From Deltaproteobacteria bacterium (lineage in GTDB: Bacteria; Myxococcota_A; Polyangia; Fen-1088): 64,000 nt of DNA. Shown one piece after another: positions 50,429 through 59,499 of the stretch. Made by a program: the position numbers and the translations under genes. How positions within the stretch are numbered: position 1 is the first letter of the stretch; each line of letters starts with the position of its first letter. The notes under the pieces are model-generated. The model ran no database searches, had not been told where the DNA came from, and worked only from the letters and a program-made list of their open reading frames with translations. The DNA lies in contig JANRKS010000002.1 in NCBI GenBank assembly GCA_033763315.1, positions 256,001 to 320,000 on the forward strand. The letters run 5' to 3'.

Positions 50429-51926
50429 CCATATGAGCATTGTCGGCAGCGCGCGGCAGTGCAAGTAGCATCCACCCTGTGGTGGCCGCACCGGCCGCTA
50501 AACCAAGCCCGATCGCCGCCGCCCATTGCAGCGTGTGGGCGCGATCGTTGAGTTTGTCGGCTCTGGCTTGATCGGTGCGAGCGTCGGCTTCATGCAACGT
50601 CACATACGCAGCTCCGAACGACAGCACGCTCGCCGCGGTCAGCGCGCCCGCCGTCCAAAATGCGGCCTTCGCAAGCGGTGGTGTTGGTTGTCTTGGAGCG
50701 GGGGGAAGGGGCTCGGCAACCGCCTGGTCACGCAGGTCAATGGCCGCGAGCTTCTGTGCACTAAATGGCAGCGCGAACAAGCTGCGGAATGCATGGTCAG
50801 CGGCGCCGCGGGCACTTGTGCGGCGCTGTTGCGGTGAAAACGCCGCCAGATTCACGACTCCATCGACGCGGCTCAACTGCACCTCTGTATCGCTGTCGTC
50901 ATCGAATACGTACAGCGTTGATGCGTTTTGCGGCCACACCAAATGCACTGCCTGGCCTTGGGCGTTGTGAAAATCAAGCACGCGAATGCCGTTGCGATCC
51001 TCAATCGCGTGGTGGGCCGACGTTGCCGTGCCCGAGACGAAGATCTGGTTGTGCAGCGCTGATCGTAGGTCTGCAAGCGTCCGCGTGTGCTCCGGTGGCA
51101 AGGCGTGAACGCGCGGGCGATAAAGTTCGTTCGCGATCGGTTCGGCCGCCAAAGCCACGAACCGCTGCAACTCCTCGTAGGTGACCAGCCCATCCAGATC
51201 CACGTCAGCGGCGCCCGCCAGGCCCGAGCGCACCAAGTGGCTGAACACGCCTGCGGCAAAGCCTTCGTATTCGAACGTTTGGGTCATGCTGCTGGTGGCA
51301 AACATCAAGCCCACGCGGCGATCCAAGGCACGCCGGGCCACCTCGCGCGCGAACGGCGACAGCGCACGCCGTTGACCTCCTGGCCCGCGCGCCTCGGTCA
51401 AGAACTGTGAATTGCAGGCATCAACGATGACGTGAAACGTATCTGCGTTCACCTTGTCAACCAGCGAAGCAAACAAGCGGCTGGCGTCCAGGCGCGCGTC
51501 CGCCAAGGTCAAAAATCCCTCCTGCGTTTGCTCGTCGCGCGCGCCGTGGCCCGCATAGATGAAATACACAACCGTTGCTTCGGAAGCCGCGCGATCGTCT
51601 GCCACGCGTTGTTTTAGCCACGTGGTGGCGGCATCGAATTCTTTCCACGTAGGTGGCTTGAGAGCATGAGCCTCCTCGAATAGCCGTTGCGTGTTTGCGT
51701 CCGGATCGGACAACGTCAACGTTTGCGCGCCCAAGGTGCGGAGCAGGGCTGTGTATTTTAAAGCGTCATCATCTGCGAACCGCAGCGGCGCAAGCCCCGC
51801 CTCGTTCGGCTGATTCACGCCGATGATCAACGCGTATGTTTTTGTGGCCGCCGGCGCGGCGAGCGCCGTGGGCTGCCAAAGGCACGCCACAAGCGGCATA
51901 AGCCACAACCAATTATTGCGTGGCAT
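50394..51926 (-). CDS. Exported caspase-family (C14) peptidase
   Basis: Signal peptide ALA, YALIIGVN..LRFADDDA, YAGHG and DACNS dyad, DVDLDGLVTYEE EF-hand-like loop, C-terminal hydrophobic helices. Confidence 0.88.
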   Translation of the reverse strand: MPRNNWLWLMPLVACLWQPTALAAPAATKTYALIIGVNQPNEAGLAPLRFADDDALKYTALLRTLGAQTLTLSDPDANTQRLFEEAHALKPPTWKEFDAATTWLKQRVADDRAASEATVVYFIYAGHGARDEQTQEGFLTLADARLDASRLFASLVDKVNADTFHVIVDACNSQFLTEARGPGGQRRALSPFAREVARRALDRRVGLMFATSSMTQTFEYEGFAAGVFSHLVRSGLAGAADVDLDGLVTYEELQRFVALAAEPIANELYRPRVHALPPEHTRTLADLRSALHNQIFVSGTATSAHHAIEDRNGIRVLDFHNAQGQAVHLVWPQNASTLYVFDDDSDTEVQLSRVDGVVNLAAFSPQQRRTSARGAADHAFRSLFALPFSAQKLAAIDLRDQAVAEPLPPAPRQPTPPLAKAAFWTAGALTAASVLSFGAAYVTLHEADARTDQARADKLNDRAHTLQWAAAIGLGLAAGAATTGWMLLALPRAADNAHMDGVAFALSGRW

Positions 51927-52701
51927 CGTCCGCCTCCCCCGCCACCGTCAGAGGGTGCGTTGCAATCTGCGCGGCACGATCCAATGTGCGCAAAGTGTGA
52001 TCGCCGCGCTGCCAAGCGGATTCGGCCTCGCGAACGTTGAGCTTCGACTTCAAGAACACAGCCACAACTTTGGCCGGCCCCGGCGCAAACGCGTGTGCCA
52101 CCGCATCGTCCATGGCGTACGTACGCTGCGGCCGGATGGCCTTCCCCGTGGGCGTTTGGCGCGCGTCGTTCCACGCAGGCTCGTACCAAAACATCTGTCC
52201 CTTGGCGTCGATAGCGAACACCATGACAAACGCAAACCCAGCGGGCGCCCGATAAGAAAGCGTCAGTTCACTCGCCTTTGTGATCACCGCTTTGGGCGCC
52301 AGCGGTTGCCGTTGATCGTTGGAGCCCACTTCATAAACGGCCAGGGCGCCGTTGTCGGTGTTGCCACGTTCACTCCAACCATCGGGCGGAGCCTGCGTTC
52401 GCTGTGATGGCGTCAACCAGAATACGCATGCCGCGGCCGCCAACGCGACTGCGCTTGCCGCCCACGCCCACGGGCGCACAACGCGTGGGGGCTTCTGTAA
52501 ATCAAGCGCCACGCGAAGCCGCTCTTTTGCGGTTGGTGCGTGCGGGGTCAATCTTGAAACGACCAGCGCGCGTTCGTAATAAGCGCTGCACGCCAAGCAG
52601 TCAGTTAGGTGCGCACGCATGCGTTGCTCCTCGGCTGCCGTCGTGCTCAAGGCAAAGTGTGCATCGATGAGTTTGGTGGCGTGGCCTTGGCTGTTGGTCA
52701 T
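51913..52701 (-). CDS. Zinc-binding (ZAS) transmembrane anti-sigma factor with periplasmic domain
   Basis: HLTDCLAC (HxxxCxxC), TM WAWAASAVALAAAACVFW, C-terminal beta domain VMVFAIDAKGQMFWYEP. Confidence 0.8.
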   Translation of the reverse strand: MTNSQGHATKLIDAHFALSTTAAEEQRMRAHLTDCLACSAYYERALVVSRLTPHAPTAKERLRVALDLQKPPRVVRPWAWAASAVALAAAACVFWLTPSQRTQAPPDGWSERGNTDNGALAVYEVGSNDQRQPLAPKAVITKASELTLSYRAPAGFAFVMVFAIDAKGQMFWYEPAWNDARQTPTGKAIRPQRTYAMDDAVAHAFAPGPAKVVAVFLKSKLNVREAESAWQRGDHTLRTLDRAAQIATHPLTVAGEADDATQ

Positions 52702-53252
52702 GATGTTCGGCTTTCTTTCAGCATCCGACGCAGGAGGCGACGCAATTGTAGCTCTTGGTAAGCCAAAGTTGTGCGGTGCATGTTCAGGGTGGCGGCGGCA
52801 TCCCGCTGCGACAGTTGCCTTACGAAGCGCGCTTCAAAGACCTTGGCCCACTTCGCCGGGATGGCCGCGTTGATCTTTTCAAGGAAGTGGCGCGCGTCGA
52901 GCTGCGACGACAGGCGATCTTGGGCTTGCCCCTCATCATTGGGCATCGTCGATTGCGTTTCCTCCAACAGGGGCCGTTCACGCGCCACAACGCGGCGGTG
53001 GTGATCAATCGCGCGGTTACGTGCCACCACGCGAAGCCACGCGCCCAAAGAGCCACCCATAAAACTGCGCCGCAACTCGCCGCTTTCCAGCAAGGCCAGG
53101 AACACTTCGTGAACCACGGTGTCGCGATCCGCACCCTGCAACACGGTGCCTACCGCCTGCCACACATCCTCAAAGTGCCGTTCGTAGCAATCGGCCATCG
53201 CGCGCCTGTCCCCGTTATGGAACAGCGTCAGATCATCGGGATTGTGGCTCAT
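52698..53252 (-). CDS. ECF sigma factor
   Basis: GDRRAMADCYERH, VVHEVFL, AWLRVVARNRAIDHHRR, region 4 LSQRDAAATLNM; start 53252 or 53309. Confidence 0.88.
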   Translation of the reverse strand: MSHNPDDLTLFHNGDRRAMADCYERHFEDVWQAVGTVLQGADRDTVVHEVFLALLESGELRRSFMGGSLGAWLRVVARNRAIDHHRRVVARERPLLEETQSTMPNDEGQAQDRLSSQLDARHFLEKINAAIPAKWAKVFEARFVRQLSQRDAAATLNMHRTTLAYQELQLRRLLRRMLKESRTS

Positions 53253-53320
53253 GGCGTGGTGCAGGCGCGTGCCAAGCGAGGCGTGCCACGGGTTGTTAGC
53301 GGTCCACATACAAAGACCCG

Positions 53321-53355
53321 AACGAACGAGCGCCCGCGCTTGGACGAATGTTTTT
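53321..53355 (-). promoter_or_regulatory. Putative ECF-dependent promoter of the sigma operon
   Basis: AAAAAcaTTCGTCCAAG-N12-TTCGTT on minus strand. Confidence 0.65.
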
Positions 53356-53395
53356 TTTCATTTTGACCTTCACCCAAGGCGCGCGCTCTGCCCAG

Positions 53396-53430
53396 AAAAA
53401 TCTTCGTCCAAGACCGCGGGCCTCTTCGTT
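53396..53430 (+). promoter_or_regulatory. Putative ECF-dependent promoter of the LamG lipoprotein gene
   Basis: AAAAAtcTTCGTCCAAG-N12-TTCGTT on plus strand, same boxes and spacing. Confidence 0.65.
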
Positions 53431-53487
53431 TCAGTTCCAACACCACCTTGCGACGTGGTGCGCTTAAACCCGTGACTTGGAGCAACG

Positions 53488-54432
53488 ATGAAAAAGCAGA
53501 CTCTCTTGGTGAGCTTAGCGATCGCGACGAGCCTGTGGGCGGGACTCGGCTGTTCCCCCAACGGCGGCGATGATGAGCCCGTCGTCAACGGCGGTGGAAA
53601 AGCGGGCAAAGGCGGCGGCGGCATGGGTGGTGGTGCTGGCGGCAAAGGTGGTGGTGCTGGCGGCACTTCAACGTCACCGGGGGGCAGCGGCGGGGTGATA
53701 AGCGATGGCGGCGCCAGTGGTCAAGGCGGTCCTGTGGGCGGCGCCGTGGGCGACGGGCTGATTGGCTATTGGCGCTTCAACGAAGGCTCAGGCACCGGCG
53801 TCAAAGACGCCTCAGGCAAAGGCAACAATGGAACTATCTTGGCTGGTTCCATTCAGGATTCGCCCTTGGCCGCCAACCCCAAATGGATCAAGGGACGCTC
53901 CGGCCAAGGTTTGGAACTCAACGGCAAGGACGAATGGGTGAAAGTGCCCGCTTCAGAATCGATCAACGAGACGTCGACGAACGGCGGATCCGTCACGATG
54001 GCCGCGTGGGTTCAAGTCAAGAGCATCGATGCCACGGGTGAAGACTACAACTTCATCATCAGTCGCCACGAAGTTGGCACGGCCTACGAGTTGTTCGGCT
54101 TGGGCTTGGTTGCTGGAAAGGTGAGCACCAGCATTCACTTCTTCCCAGCCACGGGTGCCCAAACGGTGCCGGTGGACGGCACGTGGCATCACATTGCCGG
54201 CACCTACGATGGTATCACGCAGGTTTCATACTTAGACGGCCTGCCACAAGGCTCTTATGACAGCGGCTGGCCCGTCGCCGCCGACAACACGCCGCTCATC
54301 ATCGGCGGAAACCAAAACACAGATACCGTGAAAGAATTTTGGGATGGCGCGCTCGATGAGGTTCGCCTTTACAACCGACCGCTGACGGCGCAAGAAATCG
54401 CCGCCTTGGCCGCCGAGCCGCCTGCGCCTTAA
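53488..54432 (+). CDS. LamG/concanavalin-like domain lipoprotein with Gly-rich linker
   Basis: Lipobox GLGC; LIGYWRFNEGSG, WHHIAGTYDG, GALDEVRLYNRPLT. Confidence 0.88.
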   Translation: MKKQTLLVSLAIATSLWAGLGCSPNGGDDEPVVNGGGKAGKGGGGMGGGAGGKGGGAGGTSTSPGGSGGVISDGGASGQGGPVGGAVGDGLIGYWRFNEGSGTGVKDASGKGNNGTILAGSIQDSPLAANPKWIKGRSGQGLELNGKDEWVKVPASESINETSTNGGSVTMAAWVQVKSIDATGEDYNFIISRHEVGTAYELFGLGLVAGKVSTSIHFFPATGAQTVPVDGTWHHIAGTYDGITQVSYLDGLPQGSYDSGWPVAADNTPLIIGGNQNTDTVKEFWDGALDEVRLYNRPLTAQEIAALAAEPPAP

Positions 54433-54440
54433 AACAAGAC

Positions 54441-55724
54441 CTATTTCGCTGGCTTCACAGCGAGCACAGGCGTGAGCAGCACTTCGATCCGCCGGTTCTT
54501 CGCAAGGTTCTTGCTTCGCGGTTTGTACTGCGAATAAGCCGCTGCGGAGATCCGGTTGGGATCGACGCCCACTTCTTCTACAAGGTAACGAACCACATTG
54601 ACGGCGCGTGCAGCCGACAATTCCCAGTTCGTCTCGAAGCCACCTTTTTTCTTCAATGGTCGGTCGTCGGTGTGGCCACCGATCACGATTTGCCGATCGG
54701 TCGTTTCTTTGAGCAGCTTGCCCACGCGCGCCAGGACGCGAAAGCCAGACAACGAAAGCTCGGCCTTGCCGCTCGGGAACATCACGTCATCGACGAGGCT
54801 CACCGAAACGCTTTTCCCAGCCGCTTCGATTTCACCTTCTTTGCTCGAGAGCAGTCCCTTGAGGGCACCGATCAACTTTTGGTCTTCGCCCGACGCTGTG
54901 TCCTTGGCGGCCACTTCGTCTTTCATCGTGGCCAACGCACGCTCTGCCTCAATACGAGCCTTTTCGGCTGCCTCGGCGCGCGTTTGTGCCTCCACCAGGC
55001 CTTGCGCTTGTTTGGCCTGAGCCGCCACAAGCTTTTCGCGATCGTCTAGGCCAAGCACAACTGCGGCCGCGAGAGCCGCGAAGCCAAGCAGCGCCATAAG
55101 CCAGCCCATACGTCCGCGCCGACGAATCGCGCGCAGGTGCGCCGACGGAATGGTTTCGGTGGCGTAGGGATCGTCGCCCGCCCGTTGAGACTTGGCCGCC
55201 GTGCGCCCGAGCAGACTGTCAGGGTTCGGTGCGCGTGCCGGCCAATCGTTGCCTTGGCCTGGCTGTTGCCCCGTGTTCTGCGCCGGGTACGCGGACACCG
55301 GCGGTGGCGCGCCGTAGGGACCCGTGTTCGGATAACCCGAGGCGGCTGGCGCTTGACTGTAGCCTTGCGCGTAACCTTGAGGTTGGCCGTATCCCTGGTT
55401 ATAAGCGGTTGCCACGGGCGGTGGCGTCGGTGGGTAAGCCGCGGCTTCGTTGTGCACCGGCAATGGCTCGGGGCTCGAAGGGGTGAGGTTGATTTCATCC
55501 CAAGGTGCCATGGCCGCAGGACCAAGTGATGAACTTGAGGGCGTTGCAGGCATCGCACGCGGCGGCGTGTATCCCGGCGCGGCCGGCGGGGTCCAACTCG
55601 GTCGCGAGGGGCTCGCTTTCACACGCCCTGCCGGCGGCGGAGGAGGTGGCGTGGGACGAGGAGGTGGCAACCCTGGCCCAGCTGACCGGGTCGAAGGGGC
55701 CTTTGGGAAGCCGGGGCCAGACAT
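54441..55724 (-). CDS. OmpA/MotB-like peptidoglycan-binding membrane protein with long Pro-rich N-terminus
   Basis: GHTDDRP, NWELSAARA, NRRIEV; single TM plus coiled coil. Confidence 0.85.
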   Translation of the reverse strand: MSGPGFPKAPSTRSAGPGLPPPRPTPPPPPPAGRVKASPSRPSWTPPAAPGYTPPRAMPATPSSSSLGPAAMAPWDEINLTPSSPEPLPVHNEAAAYPPTPPPVATAYNQGYGQPQGYAQGYSQAPAASGYPNTGPYGAPPPVSAYPAQNTGQQPGQGNDWPARAPNPDSLLGRTAAKSQRAGDDPYATETIPSAHLRAIRRRGRMGWLMALLGFAALAAAVVLGLDDREKLVAAQAKQAQGLVEAQTRAEAAEKARIEAERALATMKDEVAAKDTASGEDQKLIGALKGLLSSKEGEIEAAGKSVSVSLVDDVMFPSGKAELSLSGFRVLARVGKLLKETTDRQIVIGGHTDDRPLKKKGGFETNWELSAARAVNVVRYLVEEVGVDPNRISAAAYSQYKPRSKNLAKNRRIEVLLTPVLAVKPAK

Positions 55725-55820
55725 GGCCCACAAGATACCACACGGAGTGCGCCAAGACAGGTCCAAATGGCCTGGGCCTCGCCGCCTTGTGTACCCGCCG
55801 CAGCGCGATTGCGCCGCCCG

Positions 55821-57545
55821 TTATTCGTCCTTCGGCGCCACCTTCGACCACGAATCCTTGAGTGTAATCGTGCGGTTGAACACCAGCTTGTCAGGACGAG
55901 AGTCTTGGCTATCGACGCAGTAATAGCCAAGGCGTTCGAATTGAAAACGAGTCCCGTTGGCGGCCGTGGCCAAGCTGGGCTCGACGCGTGCTTCTTGCAG
56001 CACTTCAAGTGATTTTGGATTGAGATGTTTACGGAAGTCACCGCCCAACGCCTCGTCGAGCGGGTTCTCAACCGTGAACAACCGATCGTAGTTGCGAATC
56101 TGGGCGGGCAAAGAACCCGTGGCCGAAACCCAGTGCAGGGTGCCTCGGATTTTTCGACCGTCGGACGGCGAGCCGCCGCGTGAGTTGGGATCCCAGGTGC
56201 AGCGCAACTCAACCACTTCGCCCTGATCGTTCTTGATCACACGCTCGCACTTGATGATGCATGCGTACCGCAAACGCACCTCAGCCCCCGGGGCCAATCG
56301 GAACCACTTTTTGGGTGGCACTTCCGCGAAATCATCGCGTTCAATGAACACCTCGCGGGTGAGCGTGAGTGGACGGCTGCCGGCGCTTGGATCTTCCGGG
56401 TTATAGGCGCCATCGAAAGTTTCTGTGTGGCCCTCGGGCAAGTTCTCGATCACCACCTTCAACGGCTTCAAAACCGCAAAGACGCGTGGGGATGTGGCGT
56501 TCAGATCTTCGCGCAAGGCGTACTCAAGCAGCGAGATGTCAACGATGCCATCGCGCTTAGACACGCCAATCCGATCACAGAACTTGCGCAACGCTGTGGG
56601 CGTGAAACCTCGCCTGCGGAGGCCCGCGAGCGTGGGCATTCGCGGATCGTCCCAACCATCCACGATGCCTTCTTTCACCATCTGCTGCAGGCGGCGTTTG
56701 CTCAAGACGGTGTACGTGAGGTTGAGCTTGGCGAATTCAATTTGGCGGGGCCGCCGCTCGGGCGCCACGTCGGCCAGTTGCTCCAGGTACCACTCGTAAA
56801 GCGGCCTATGATCCTCGAATTCCAGCGTGCAAATGCTGTGTGTGATGCCTTCGATGGCATCGGATTGCCCGTGCGCCCAGTCGTAAACCGGATAGATGCA
56901 CCACGCATCGCCCGTGCGGTGGTGGTGTGCGTGCTTGATCCGATACATCAACGGGTCACGCATGTTGATGTTGGGATGGGCCATGTCGATCTTGGCGCGC
57001 AGCACGTGAGCGCCATCAGGAAATTCGCCCGCCCGCATCCGCGCGAAGAGATCGAGGTTCTCCTCGACCGAGCGGTTGCGGTTGGGGCTTTCGTCGCCCG
57101 GCTTGTAGAAATTGCCGCGCGTCTCGCGAATTTGTTCGATTGTTTGGCTATCGACGTAAGCCTTGCCGTCTTTGATCATCTGGACGGCCCACGCGTACAG
57201 GCGCTCAAAGTAATCGGAGGCGAAGAATAAATTCGTGCCCCAGTCAAAACCCATCCATTTAACGTCGTTCTGGATCGAGTTCACGTACTCCACGTCTTCG
57301 GTGCTGGGGTTCGTGTCGTCGAAGCGCAGGTGACACTTGCCGTTGGCGCTTTTCTGCGACAGCGGGAAGTTCAAGCAAATCGATTTGGCGTGACCGATGT
57401 GAAGGTAGCCGTTCGGTTCAGGCGGGAAACGCGTGACCACGCGCCCCTGGGTGCGTCCGGTGCGCAGATCTTCATCAACGATGTCTGCAATGAAGTTGCT
57501 GGGGTTGGCGTCGTTGTTTGAATCGGTGGCGGTGGGTGACGTCAT
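55821..57545 (-). CDS. glnS: Glutamine--tRNA ligase
   Basis: RFPPEPNGYLHIGHAK, LSKRR, WDDPRMPT, FQFERLGYY. Confidence 0.98.
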   Translation of the reverse strand: MTSPTATDSNNDANPSNFIADIVDEDLRTGRTQGRVVTRFPPEPNGYLHIGHAKSICLNFPLSQKSANGKCHLRFDDTNPSTEDVEYVNSIQNDVKWMGFDWGTNLFFASDYFERLYAWAVQMIKDGKAYVDSQTIEQIRETRGNFYKPGDESPNRNRSVEENLDLFARMRAGEFPDGAHVLRAKIDMAHPNINMRDPLMYRIKHAHHHRTGDAWCIYPVYDWAHGQSDAIEGITHSICTLEFEDHRPLYEWYLEQLADVAPERRPRQIEFAKLNLTYTVLSKRRLQQMVKEGIVDGWDDPRMPTLAGLRRRGFTPTALRKFCDRIGVSKRDGIVDISLLEYALREDLNATSPRVFAVLKPLKVVIENLPEGHTETFDGAYNPEDPSAGSRPLTLTREVFIERDDFAEVPPKKWFRLAPGAEVRLRYACIIKCERVIKNDQGEVVELRCTWDPNSRGGSPSDGRKIRGTLHWVSATGSLPAQIRNYDRLFTVENPLDEALGGDFRKHLNPKSLEVLQEARVEPSLATAANGTRFQFERLGYYCVDSQDSRPDKLVFNRTITLKDSWSKVAPKDE

Positions 57546-57685
57546 AGCGAGGCTCTTTCCCTTACCATACCGCGCCTTGGCATGGCTCATACAGTTCCTG
57601 AATACGAAGTCGTTCACCACCCAGATGACGCAGCGTTTACCGGCTGAAGATACGAACCAACCCTGCTATGGTTCGCGTCTTTTCC

Positions 57686-58741
57686 ATGCGCCCAACGAAT
57701 AACCTTCACGTCAAAGACTACAAACTGCTGGCGTCTCCCGCGCAGATCGTGGCCGAGATCCCCATGAGTGATGCCGCCTCCGAGACGGTGGCCACCACGC
57801 GCGAAGAAGTGCGCCGCCTCATCCACGGCGAAGATCAGCGCCTGCTGGTGGTCGTGGGCCCCTGCAGCATTCACGACCTTGGCATGGCCGAGGAATACGC
57901 CGCCTTCGTGGCGTCGGCTCGCAAAGAATATGCGTCGTCTTTGCTGATCTTGATGCGGGTCTATTTTGAGAAGCCCCGAACGACCGTGGGGTGGAAGGGG
58001 CTCATCAACGATCCGCACCTTGATGGCACCTATGATGTGGAGACGGGTTTGCGCCTCGGCCGGCGTCTGCTGGTGTCGCTCGCTGAGCGTGGCATCCCCG
58101 CCGCGTCTGAGGTCCTGGATCCGATCTCGCCGCAATACTTGGCCGAAGCGATTGCGTGGGCGGCGATCGGCGCGCGCACGGTTGAAAGCCAAACCCACCG
58201 TGAGATGGCCTCGGGCCTGTCGATGCCGATCGGCCTTAAGAACGGCACCGATGGATCACTGCAGACCGCTGTCAACGCCATGAAGTCGGCAGCGCAACCG
58301 CACCATTTTCTGGGCGTCGACTCGCATGGCCGCGTGGCCATCGTTGAAACCTCGGGCAACAAGGACACCCACTTGGTGTTGCGTGGTGGTCTGGCAGGGC
58401 CCAATTACGACGAAACGAACGTCATCAGCGCCGCAGCGGAATTAAAGAAGGGCGGCTTGCCTTCGCGGATCATGATCGATTGCAGCCACGACAACAGCCT
58501 CAAGGACTATAGCCGCCAACCCACGGTGCTCAGCGACATCGCCGCGCAGGTGAAACGTCACAACCACATCCTGGGCGTGATGATTGAATCCAACCTCGTG
58601 GCCGGCAAGCAAGCGTTTCCGCCCGCCCCAGGCGTGGCCTTGCGCCACGGTCAAAGCATCACCGACGGCTGCGTGGACTTGGACACAACGCGCACCATGC
58701 TTGACCAGCTGGCCAGCGCGCACGCAAAACGTTCCGCCTAA
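57686..58741 (+). CDS. DAHP synthase, class I alpha (AroF/G/H type)
   Basis: GPCSIHD, RVYFEKPRTTVGWKG, IGART.ESQ.HRE, DCSH, SITDGC. Confidence 0.95.
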   Translation: MRPTNNLHVKDYKLLASPAQIVAEIPMSDAASETVATTREEVRRLIHGEDQRLLVVVGPCSIHDLGMAEEYAAFVASARKEYASSLLILMRVYFEKPRTTVGWKGLINDPHLDGTYDVETGLRLGRRLLVSLAERGIPAASEVLDPISPQYLAEAIAWAAIGARTVESQTHREMASGLSMPIGLKNGTDGSLQTAVNAMKSAAQPHHFLGVDSHGRVAIVETSGNKDTHLVLRGGLAGPNYDETNVISAAAELKKGGLPSRIMIDCSHDNSLKDYSRQPTVLSDIAAQVKRHNHILGVMIESNLVAGKQAFPPAPGVALRHGQSITDGCVDLDTTRTMLDQLASAHAKRSA

Positions 58742-59499
58742 ACCCGCAGGCCAGACCAGCCGCCCGTGCGCAGTTGTGCCTCGGCGTGGCTGCGTTCGTC
58801 GGGCGTATCCACTTCCAACCAGCCGTGACCGCTGATGTCGCGGCAGTGCGGCGGGGTGCTTGTGCGTGCCAAACGAGCCAGCACACGCTCGACGTGAATG
58901 TCGAGGCCATCTTGCGCCATCGCCGCGTCCACTTCAGCCAGGTAGCGGGCGCGCGCCCCGCCGGGAACGCGGGTCATGCCCACGTAGCCGCAGTCGAAGG
59001 TGGTGAGCGTCTTCGCGATCTCGGCGATGCGGCCGCGGTCATCGCGCAGCACCTTCATGTCATCGTTGCCCAAAGACCGATCGGTGTCGATGAAGCCAGT
59101 GACGTCATCAACGGCGGCGGTCACCACACGGGCGATGGCAGGCCGATAGATGTGGTCGACGTTCAGCAGCACAAAATCATCCGTGAGGTGGGGCCGCGCC
59201 GCCTGGAAGGAGAGGATGTTGCCGCGACGAAATTCCGTGTTGCGCACAAGTTCGATGGGCAAACCGGCAGCTGAGCCTTCAGACAATGCGCCGAGCGTGC
59301 TTTGCACTTGGTCGAACTCGAAGCCGCCCACGACGATGATCTTGCGGGGCGAGAGCAAGCGCGCGAACGCCAACCCGTAAGCCAACAGGGGACTGCCGTT
59401 CACAGCGATCAAAGCCTTCGGCAGGCTGCGCGTGAGATCTCCCAAGCGGCTGCCGAGGCCGGCCGCCATCAACACCACGTCAAGTGCGGCCACGCTCAC
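58738..59499 (-). CDS. NTP transferase (phosphocholine/sugar-phosphate cytidylyltransferase-like)
   Basis: LMAAGLGSRLG..LPKAL, NVD, DDMKV, WLEVDTPDE. Confidence 0.8.
   Translation of the reverse strand: MSVAALDVVLMAAGLGSRLGDLTRSLPKALIAVNGSPLLAYGLAFARLLSPRKIIVVGGFEFDQVQSTLGALSEGSAAGLPIELVRNTEFRRGNILSFQAARPHLTDDFVLLNVDHIYRPAIARVVTAAVDDVTGFIDTDRSLGNDDMKVLRDDRGRIAEIAKTLTTFDCGYVGMTRVPGGARARYLAEVDAAMAQDGLDIHVERVLARLARTSTPPHCRDISGHGWLEVDTPDERSHAEAQLRTGGWSGLRV

Noticed and set aside
53590-53750. GGC/GGT-rich repeats
   Set aside because: Gly-rich linker of the LamG lipoprotein
54441-55724. Flagellar stator MotB
   Set aside because: TM lacks the conserved Asp motif and no motA is adjacent; called only OmpA/MotB-like
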